Shown here piece after piece: positions 1 to 7,105 of a stretch of 11,495 bases of DNA. This DNA is from Promethearchaeota archaeon (GTDB taxonomy: Archaea; Asgardarchaeota; Lokiarchaeia; Sigyniarchaeales; SOKP01). Under the pieces are notes generated by a model. The model did no database searches and was not told the DNA's origin. It was given only the letters and a program-made list of their open reading frames with translations. The position numbers and the translations under genes are program-made. Where the stretch lies: contig JBHLME010000138.1 of assembly GCA_048938445.1 (NCBI GenBank), positions 1 to 11,495 of the forward strand. Direction: 5' to 3'. Every line of letters begins with the position of its first letter. The stretch's first letter is position 1.

Positions 1-282
1 GAAAAAAAAATCCTTTTTTGTAATAATTTTAAATTTCATACTTAAAATTGAGGAGGAGCATTAATATAAATATTATTTTTATAAACTACAAATCATAAAA
101 ATATCTCTGATAATATCACAAAATGAAACCAAGAAGTGAGATTTAAAGTCCTAAGTATTCAAATTTATATTTTATAAATATAAAAATACTATTTATTTAC
201 TTACTCTCCCTATCTACGATTAATTTCATTAATTTATAAAGAATAGATTTAATTTCTTTTCTAGTTGTTTTTAGTACAAGAA

Positions 283-294
283 GGAATTTATTAA
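283..294 (+). promoter_or_regulatory. Candidate archaeal BRE/TATA promoter for the tusA-dsrE-iscS-iscU operon
   Basis: Purine-rich AAGGAA followed by TTTATTAA (287-294), about 50 nt upstream of the likely tusA ATG. The AT-rich background makes this weak. Confidence 0.3.
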
Positions 295-342
295 AAAACG
301 CCTTTCTAATAATTCGAAATTTAGAAATCGAGGTTGAATATT

Positions 343-597
343 ATGAGTGATGAAAAAAATAATGATGTTGAAATTGTTGAAGAATTAGACACGAGAGGTT
401 TATTTTGTCCTGAACCTCTTTTTGAAACAAGAAATCTATCAGAAACTCTTGAAGCAGGTCAATGTTTTAGGGTCATTGCTGATGATCCTGCTGCTGATGA
501 AGATTTACATCGATGGGCAAAAAGGACTGATACAGAAGTAGTAGAGTTTAGAAAGGATGGAGATGATTTAATTTTCATATTTAGAAAAAAAAAATAA
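343..597 (+). CDS. tusA: TusA/SirA-family sulfur carrier protein
   Basis: LDTRGLFCPEP matches the TusA CPxP motif (Cys codon 406-408), plus ADDPAA..DL..W. The start is moved from TTG 334 to ATG 343 because GAGGT (330-334) lies 8 nt upstream, giving 84 aa. Confidence 0.93.
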   Translation: MSDEKNNDVEIVEELDTRGLFCPEPLFETRNLSETLEAGQCFRVIADDPAADEDLHRWAKRTDTEVVEFRKDGDDLIFIFRKKK

Positions 598-614
598 AAA
601 TGAGATGATAAAAA

Positions 615-971
615 ATGGCAAAAAAATTATTATATGTACAAACGAGTGATAATCCAGAGCGCCAATATTCTCCATTAGTCTTAGCTCAAACAGCAAAAGC
701 CATGGATCTTGAACCTACAGTATATTACTTGGGAACTGCTCTTAGAATTCTAAAACCAGGTGAAGCGGATAATATTAAGTTAGGGAATTTTCCAACCGTG
801 AAAGAAATGATTGATAAAACATTAAGTATGGGTATTGAAATCTTGGTTTGTGAAGCATCTAAGAGGATGCTAGGATGGGAAAAAGTAGAATTAATTTCAG
901 GTGTTAAAATTGTTGGCGCTGCAACCTTAAATGATTTAGTATTGGAATCAGATGGAACCCTATGGTTTTAA
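615..971 (+). CDS. DsrE/DsrF-like sulfur relay protein (COG2044-type)
   Basis: 118 aa with the pattern KLLYVQTS..PER..P, GIEILVCEAS and GVKIVGAATL. The single Cys79 (849-851) is at the position of the DsrE/TusD active Cys78. Confidence 0.85.
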   Translation: MAKKLLYVQTSDNPERQYSPLVLAQTAKAMDLEPTVYYLGTALRILKPGEADNIKLGNFPTVKEMIDKTLSMGIEILVCEASKRMLGWEKVELISGVKIVGAATLNDLVLESDGTLWF

Positions 972-1005
972 AAAGTAATCTGCATTAATAGAGGTAGTGA
1001 AAAAA

Positions 1006-2196
1006 ATGAGCATGTATTTAGACAATCAGGCAGCAAAACCAATGGATCCTCGAGTATTTGAGGCGATGAAACCGTATTTTATGAAAGAATTTGGTAATCC
1101 CTCATCATTGCATCAATATGGTTTTACAGCTACTAACATTTTGGATGAATCCAGGCAAAAAGTAGCAAATTTCATCAATGCCTCTAGTTCTGATAATATT
1201 ATTTTTACTTCGGGAGCAACTGAATCGAATAATTTAGCAATTATCGGAGGAGCTTTACGTAATATAAAAAAAGGAAATCACATGATCATATCGGAAATTG
1301 AACATATATCAATTTTAAACATTGGTAAGTATTTAGAACGTCAAGGTTTCAAGGTGAGTAGGGTTCCTGTAGATAGATTTGGAATTGTTAATCTCAGTAA
1401 GTTAGAGAGATTAATAAATGATAAAACAGTATTAATATCTATTTCTACAGCAAGTAATGAAATAGGTTCCCTTCAACCCGTAGAAGAAATTGCTAAATTA
1501 GCAAATGAGCATAAGATTTGGTTTCACTCTGATGCTGTTGCCAGTGAAGCTACAATCCCTCTTGACGTACAGAAAGTACCTTTTGATCTATTAACTCTAT
1601 CATCCAATGATATTTATGGACCTAAAGGGGTTGGAGCATTATATCTAAAAAAGGGAATAAGAGTAAATCCTATTCTCATTGGAGGGGGACAAGAGAGTGG
1701 GATGAGATCTGGGTCTGAAAATATGCCAGGTATAGTTGGTTTTGCTAAAGCAGCTGAAATTATGAAAGAAGAAATGAAAAATGATGTTTCAAAAATAAAA
1801 CCTCTTAGAGATAAATTAATACAAGAAATTTTAAAAATACCTAAATCATATCTAAATGGACATCCCGAGAAAAGAACACCAGATAATTTAAATGTTAGGT
1901 TTGATTATATCGAGGGAGAATCATTGCTTTTATCATTGAAAGATGAGAATCTTGCTGTGGCATCAGGTTCGGCTTGTAGTTCAAAGACATTAGAACCCTC
2001 TCATACCTTAATGTCTTGTGGTCTTTTGCATGAAGAAGCACATGGGAGCTTACTATTAACATTAGGAAGATTTACAGAAGAGAAGGATATTGATAAAATC
2101 ATAGAAGTTTTACCCGGAATTGTTAAACGGTTGAGAATTTTATCACCACTTACCCCTTCAGATTTATTAAAACAACTTCAAGAGGAGGAAAATTAA
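1006..2196 (+). CDS. iscS: IscS/NifS-like group I cysteine desulfurase homologue lacking the PLP-binding lysine (probably not an active desulfurase)
   Basis: Motifs YLDN, FGNPSS, FTSGATESNN, EH, NEIG, YGPKGVGAL, GGGQE, RSGSEN and ASGSACSS (Cys codon 1975-1977). The canonical SxHK reads SSND (1600-1611). ATG 1006 with GAGGT at 991-995 is preferred over GTG 997. Confidence 0.93.
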   Translation: MSMYLDNQAAKPMDPRVFEAMKPYFMKEFGNPSSLHQYGFTATNILDESRQKVANFINASSSDNIIFTSGATESNNLAIIGGALRNIKKGNHMIISEIEHISILNIGKYLERQGFKVSRVPVDRFGIVNLSKLERLINDKTVLISISTASNEIGSLQPVEEIAKLANEHKIWFHSDAVASEATIPLDVQKVPFDLLTLSSNDIYGPKGVGALYLKKGIRVNPILIGGGQESGMRSGSENMPGIVGFAKAAEIMKEEMKNDVSKIKPLRDKLIQEILKIPKSYLNGHPEKRTPDNLNVRFDYIEGESLLLSLKDENLAVASGSACSSKTLEPSHTLMSCGLLHEEAHGSLLLTLGRFTEEKDIDKIIEVLPGIVKRLRILSPLTPSDLLKQLQEEEN

Positions 2197-2996
2197 TGAG
2201 TGTACATAAATATACTGAAAAAGTGATGGATCACTTTAGGAATCCAAGAAATGTAGGAACAATTGAGAATCCGGATGGTTATGGGAAAGTTGGAAACCCT
2301 GTTTGTGGAGACTTAATGGAAATGTTTCTTAAAATTGGTAAGAATGAAAATGGAGAAGATTTTATTGAAGATATTAAGTTCAGAACCTTTGGATGTGGTT
2401 CTGCAGTATCTACATCATCAATGGTAACTGAAATGGCTAAAGGGATGACACTTGATGAAGCATATAAGATAACTCGAAGTGATGTTGCCGAAGAATTAGA
2501 TGGGCTTCCGCCAATTAAAATGCATTGCTCGAATTTAGCTGCTGATGCGTTGAAGGCTGCAATAAATAATTATCGTGAAGGTACCAAACCAGAAATTGAA
2601 GTGGTAACTTCTTGTCAACTTGAAGTACGAGTTATTTTAGGAGTAGATGAATTCAAAGGTAAAGGAGTATATACGGAAATCCCTAATTTGGAGGAATTGA
2701 GAGAAAAAAGAGCTCTAGTAGTTGATTCCGGAGATGAATCCTTGGAACTAGCCTTAAAATTGACGGAATATACAGGAAGAGTTATATTAATCACATCAGC
2801 AAAAGAGATACCTGGAACTTCGGATATTGCAAAAAAATTAAAACAATCGGATGTAAAAATTTTACATCAATCAGAACTCAATGAAGTGAAAGGAGAATTA
2901 GACGAAGTAGAAAAAGTTATCATCCATGATTTTGATGAGAATGAGAATTATGAACTATTTGTAGATGCCGTAATAATTTTAGATTATAAAAAATAA
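2196..2996 (+). CDS. iscU: IscU/NifU Fe-S scaffold fused to a C-terminal degenerate thioredoxin-reductase-like (NADPH-binding-type) domain
   Basis: Residues 1-128 contain HFRNPRNVG, GNPVC37GD39, FGC67GSA and LPPIKMH110C111. Residues ~146-263 resemble the TrxB middle domain. The start overlaps the iscS stop (TAATG, 2194-2198), with GAGGAGG at 2182-2188. Confidence 0.92.
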   Translation: MSVHKYTEKVMDHFRNPRNVGTIENPDGYGKVGNPVCGDLMEMFLKIGKNENGEDFIEDIKFRTFGCGSAVSTSSMVTEMAKGMTLDEAYKITRSDVAEELDGLPPIKMHCSNLAADALKAAINNYREGTKPEIEVVTSCQLEVRVILGVDEFKGKGVYTEIPNLEELREKRALVVDSGDESLELALKLTEYTGRVILITSAKEIPGTSDIAKKLKQSDVKILHQSELNEVKGELDEVEKVIIHDFDENENYELFVDAVIILDYKK

Positions 2997-3004
2997 TTTT
3001 TTTT
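2997..3004 (+). terminator. Oligo-T tract, candidate archaeal-type terminator after iscU
   Basis: T8 run immediately after the TAA at 2994-2996. Confidence 0.35.
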
Positions 3005-3114
3005 CATACTATTTTTCTATAAAATTTTTAATAATTTGTAAGTTATGGAGCTTATAACACAAATTTATAACTTATAAAAATTAAATTAAAATCAAATTTT
3101 ATATTAAGAGAAAC

Positions 3115-5493
3115 ATGAAACGAGTAATTATTGTTGGTGGAGTAGCCGGAGGAGCTACTGCTGCTGCAAGATTAAGACGCCTTGAAGAAAATATTGAAAT
3201 TATTGTTCTTGAAAAGGGACTATATGTATCTTTTGCTAATTGTGGTCTTCCTTATTTTGTTGGAAATGTGATTAAAGACCGTGAACAATTAGAATTAATG
3301 ACACCTGAAACTTTTTTCAAACGATTCAATATTGATGTTCGGGTGCAACATGAAGCGATTGAAATTAATAAAGAAAATAAAGAAATTACTGTAAAAAACT
3401 GGAAAATGGACAATGAATACACTTTAAATTATGATTATTTAATTCTTTCTCCAGGAGCATCACCAATGATACCACCATTTAAGGGTCTTGATATGGTTCC
3501 TTCGTTTTCTTTACGAACTATTCCTGATTCGGTTAAAATTAGGGAATTCGCAGAAAAAAATAACGTTAAACACGCTACAATCATAGGCGGAGGATATATA
3601 GGTTTAGAAATGGCTGAAAACTTAAAAGAACGTGGTATTAAAGTAAAAATCATTGAAATGCTTGATCAAGTATTAGCACCCCTTGATAAAGAAATCGCTC
3701 AATTTGTGCACCAAGAACTAATTCTTAATTGTGTTTGTCTTCAATTAGGAGATGCTGTCGATTCTTTTGATTGTGAAAATCAATGTAACTACATCATACC
3801 TAAAAGCGGTAAAAAAATAGAAACAGATATGATTATCATATCAATTGGGGTGCAACCAGAAACAATTTTAGCAAAAGAAGCAAGACTTGATTTAGGTCCT
3901 AAAGGACATATTATAGTTAATGATAAGATGCAAACCTCAGATCCATCTATTTATGCTGTAGGAGATGCCATTCAAATAAAAAATTTCATCACTAATGATT
4001 TTACAGCAATACCTTTAGCGGGCCCAGCAAACAAGCAAGGAAGAATAGCTTCGGATAACATTGCAGGTCGAGATTCTAAATATAAAGGGGTTTTAGGAGC
4101 TTCAGTTCTAAAAGTATTTGATTTGACAATAGCATTTGTAGGTTTAAGTGAGAAACAAATAAAAGAAACTCAAATCAATTATGAAAAGATCTACGTGCAT
4201 CCGAATAATCATGCAGGATATTATCCAGGAGCAATCCCCATTACATTAAAATTATTATTTGAAATACCTAGTGGTAAGGTCTTAGGAGCTCAAGCCGTGG
4301 GAGGTCCCGGTACAGAAAAGCGCATTGATGTTATCTCAACTGTTATTAAATTTGGTGGCACTGTTTTTGATTTAGAGGAATTAGAACTAACTTATGCACC
4401 TCCATATGGATCAGCTAAAGATCCTGTTAACATGGCGGGTTTTGTAGCATCTAATGTCCTCAGAGGAGATCATCCAATTTGGCATTGGAATGAGTTAGAA
4501 GAGATAAAAAAAAATAATAGCATTATTATTGACGTGAGAACACCGGAGGAATATCAAGTGGGTACCATTGAAGGAGCAAAAAACATAAATGATTTGGAAC
4601 TGAGAGATAGAATAAACGAAATCCCAAAAAATAAGCACATATATGTCTTTTGCGAGGTAGGTTTTAGGGGATATTTAGCAGCCCGTTTTCTAATGCAAAA
4701 AGGATATGAGGTGAGAAATTTAAGTGGAGGATATAAACTTTATGAAATAGCGAAAGCTACGACAGAAGAAATTGCAGCTGCTTGCGGACCTTCAGAGGAA
4801 ATTATGGAAGAAATGATTGAAACAAAATCCACGGTCTCGGATGAATTTATAGAAGTTGATGCATGTGGATTATCATGTCCTGGTCCTTTAAATGCAATGA
4901 TCAAAAGTCTCGAGTCATTACCAGAAGGAAAGAAATTGAAAATTTACGCAACAGATCCAGGATTTAAAGCTAGTGTGGAAGCGTATGCGGAACTTAATGA
5001 AGCCATAAAATTACTATCTCTTAAAAAAGAGCAAGGAAAATTAGCTGCAGTTTTAGAAAAGGGTGATATAACTGTAGAAGAAGTAAAAGCTCCAGTGCAA
5101 ATTAAAAAGAAAACTAGAAGTGAATCAAGAGATCCTAATGCTCCTCCTCTCTCAGATATTAGTGCAGAGGAATTACACGAACGAATGAATTCAGAAGATG
5201 CCCCCGCAATATTAATTGATGTACGTTCTCCTCAAGAATATTATAGTCCTTCGGGTCATATAAAGAATACTAAATTAATGCCATTAGGAGATTTAATGCA
5301 TAATCTCGAAGCTATCAACGATTATAAGGATAAGGAAGTAGTAATGATATGCCATAGTGGATCGCGTTCCATGATGGCTTCTCAGCTTTTAGCAAGAGCA
5401 GGATTTAAGGACGTGAGAAATTTAACGGGAGGTATGATGATGTGGCATAGAAAGGGTTATCCTATAGAAGGAGTTCCTAAATATCAGTATTAA
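3115..5493 (+). CDS. FAD-dependent CoA-disulfide/persulfide reductase (CoADR/Npsr/CoAPR family) with C-terminal rhodanese, TusA and second rhodanese domains
   Basis: GGVAGG FAD motif, SFANC43GLPY redox Cys, GGGYIGLE NAD(P)H motif, GDA and YAPPYG. Rhodanese 1: IDVRTPEE...FC513EVGFRG. TusA domain: VDAC584GLSC588PGP...TDPGF. Rhodanese 2: IDVRSPQEY..GHI...IC746HSGSRS...NLTGGM..W. Confidence 0.92.
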   Translation: MKRVIIVGGVAGGATAAARLRRLEENIEIIVLEKGLYVSFANCGLPYFVGNVIKDREQLELMTPETFFKRFNIDVRVQHEAIEINKENKEITVKNWKMDNEYTLNYDYLILSPGASPMIPPFKGLDMVPSFSLRTIPDSVKIREFAEKNNVKHATIIGGGYIGLEMAENLKERGIKVKIIEMLDQVLAPLDKEIAQFVHQELILNCVCLQLGDAVDSFDCENQCNYIIPKSGKKIETDMIIISIGVQPETILAKEARLDLGPKGHIIVNDKMQTSDPSIYAVGDAIQIKNFITNDFTAIPLAGPANKQGRIASDNIAGRDSKYKGVLGASVLKVFDLTIAFVGLSEKQIKETQINYEKIYVHPNNHAGYYPGAIPITLKLLFEIPSGKVLGAQAVGGPGTEKRIDVISTVIKFGGTVFDLEELELTYAPPYGSAKDPVNMAGFVASNVLRGDHPIWHWNELEEIKKNNSIIIDVRTPEEYQVGTIEGAKNINDLELRDRINEIPKNKHIYVFCEVGFRGYLAARFLMQKGYEVRNLSGGYKLYEIAKATTEEIAAACGPSEEIMEEMIETKSTVSDEFIEVDACGLSCPGPLNAMIKSLESLPEGKKLKIYATDPGFKASVEAYAELNEAIKLLSLKKEQGKLAAVLEKGDITVEEVKAPVQIKKKTRSESRDPNAPPLSDISAEELHERMNSEDAPAILIDVRSPQEYYSPSGHIKNTKLMPLGDLMHNLEAINDYKDKEVVMICHSGSRSMMASQLLARAGFKDVRNLTGGMMMWHRKGYPIEGVPKYQY

Positions 5494-5524
5494 TTTTTAT
5501 ATGATATAATTTAAAGAATTATAA

Positions 5525-5533
5525 TTTTTTTTT
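5525..5533 (+). terminator. Oligo-T tract, candidate terminator after the reductase gene
   Basis: T9 run about 30 nt after the stop, in the gap between convergent genes. Confidence 0.3.
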
Positions 5534-5590
5534 AAATTAGATTTATAAGATATTAATATTTTTAAAAAGAGCATGAGGATTAAAAATAAT

Positions 5591-6619
5591 CTATTTATAT
5601 TTTGATTTTTCAATATATTTTAAGAGCTTATTATGATATTTTATTTTTCCAATTTTTCCCTTTTTCAAATATTCTTTTTCTATCTTATATTTTTTTTTGT
5701 AATTATCTTCAATCAATGAATGAGTAAGGATTGCAAGCATCATTGATACTTCAGCAAATAAAGTAAACCATTCAGTACTTGTAATTGTAAGTCCGAATTC
5801 CGAGAAACTTTCAGGAAAATATGGAGAAAGAAAAAATAATAAATAAAATATGCACATAATACATGCTAAGAATGCATGAGATCTTGGAACCTTATTATTT
5901 AGATATGATATTAAACCATAAAGAGAAAAAAAAGTTAAACCCCCTAAAAAGTAAAAAATCGCAGCAATAACATGATAAATCCTTAAATTTTCAGGAAAAA
6001 TACCAACCAAAAAAATACCTAAAGTTAAAGCTACATTTGATAATGCCATTAATTTTATTATTTTTTTTTGATTCACCTTTTTTTTCAATTTTTGAATCTC
6101 AAAAACATGGAAAAATAAGATTATACCACTTGAGATGATCCATCCTGTATTAAATACAATATTTGCGCCATTTGGACCGACTCCTAAATCGCTAATAAAA
6201 TTTTGAAAGATTGAATAATTAGGATTTATATTAAGATATAATATTACAGCTGTTAAAGTTGAAATTATAAATAGAATTATACCTATGAATCCAAAAATAT
6301 CACCAGGAATTTTCTCATAAACCTCCTCAAAGAAATGATCAATTTTTTTATCAATTTTAATCAACCAATCATCAATTTCAATTAATAAATTTTCAAATTT
6401 GGCTAATATAGTTAATTCTTCTTTATCATTAGCTCCACTTTTAGACTTATTATCATAATATTTATTTAATTCCTCCCTATTTTCATTAAAATTTTTGAAA
6501 ATTTGTTTTAATTTAAGAGCATCTTCTTCATTTTTTTCTATAATTGCTTGTCGATATCTTAATTCTTTAATTTTGTTTTCTGATTTATTTATTAATTCAT
6601 TATGTTTGCTTTCAGCCAT
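5591..6619 (-). CDS. DUF998/Frag1-like 6-TM membrane protein with an N-terminal coiled-coil region (paralog 1)
   Basis: About 100 aa of charged helical N-terminus, then six hydrophobic segments. Motifs YSIFQNFISDLG, FN.G, GIFPE..HVIAA..F and EW are typical of DUF998. Confidence 0.72.
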   Translation of the reverse strand: MAESKHNELINKSENKIKELRYRQAIIEKNEEDALKLKQIFKNFNENREELNKYYDNKSKSGANDKEELTILAKFENLLIEIDDWLIKIDKKIDHFFEEVYEKIPGDIFGFIGIILFIISTLTAVILYLNINPNYSIFQNFISDLGVGPNGANIVFNTGWIISSGIILFFHVFEIQKLKKKVNQKKIIKLMALSNVALTLGIFLVGIFPENLRIYHVIAAIFYFLGGLTFFSLYGLISYLNNKVPRSHAFLACIMCIFYLLFFLSPYFPESFSEFGLTITSTEWFTLFAEVSMMLAILTHSLIEDNYKKKYKIEKEYLKKGKIGKIKYHNKLLKYIEKSKYK

Positions 6620-6917
6620 TAATTATCACTTAATATTTCAAAGTCCTATACTTTTTTTAAAATTTATATTTTATTCCTTTAAATTAGAAATTATATATAT
6701 TCGCAATTTTATTTGATATTTGTACTCCACAAGAATATAATACACACACCTACTATAAAGAAGTTATAAAATTTAACTATAGGCATATCATTCTATAATT
6801 TTGAATTTTTTCATATTGAAATGGAAAGGGAAATTTTATTTTATACAATATTCGATTTAAATATAATAAAACATATTTGCTTTTAGCAAGTTAATTATTT
6901 AAAGGCAGGAAAAAGTT

Positions 6918-6950
6918 AATATAGGGATAGAAAAAATATAGGATAGAAAA
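6918..6950. repeat. Two-copy imperfect tandem repeat
   Basis: AATATAGGGATAGAAAA (6918-6934) followed by AATATAGGATAGAAAA (6935-6950). Confidence 0.7.
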
Positions 6951-7068
6951 AAGAATTCTTAGGAGGACACTTAAAATATCCTTTTTAATATTTTTTTAAT
7001 AAAAACTATAAGATTCTATTTTCTTAAAGATATTAATTTTTAAATATAATAATTTGATAATGTAGAAG

Positions 7069-7090
7069 AAAAAATATTGATCTATCAATA
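7069..7090 (-). terminator. Hairpin plus U-tract, candidate terminator of the 7106-8122 gene
   Basis: TATTGAT-CT-ATCAATA inverted repeat (7075-7090) 15 nt past the stop, followed on the minus strand by TTTTTTCTTC. Confidence 0.35.
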
Positions 7091-7105
7091 ATATTTATCC
7101 TTACT

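Noticed and set aside
1-330. Possible small gene or RNA upstream of tusA, including an SD-like GAGGAGGAG at 50-58
   Set aside because: No suitably spaced start codon or credible ORF follows it, and there is no GC-rich stem structure suggesting an RNA gene.
1006-2196. Calling iscS a pseudogene or a sequencing error
   Set aside because: The ORF is full length, translationally coupled to iscU and keeps all structural motifs and the loop Cys. The substitutions are multiple, site-specific and match a known natural variant type.
3435-3653. 72-aa minus-strand ORF
   Set aside because: Antisense shadow inside the well-conserved reductase gene, with no recognisable motif.
6495-6716. 73-aa plus-strand ORF
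   Set aside because: Overlaps the 5' end of the membrane-protein gene on the opposite strand. It has a TTG start and low-complexity F/I/L composition typical of AT-rich noise.
7075-7090. TTGAT..ATCAA as an FNR/CRP-type box
   Set aside because: The spacer is 2 nt rather than 4, and it lies just downstream of a stop codon, so a terminator hairpin fits better.
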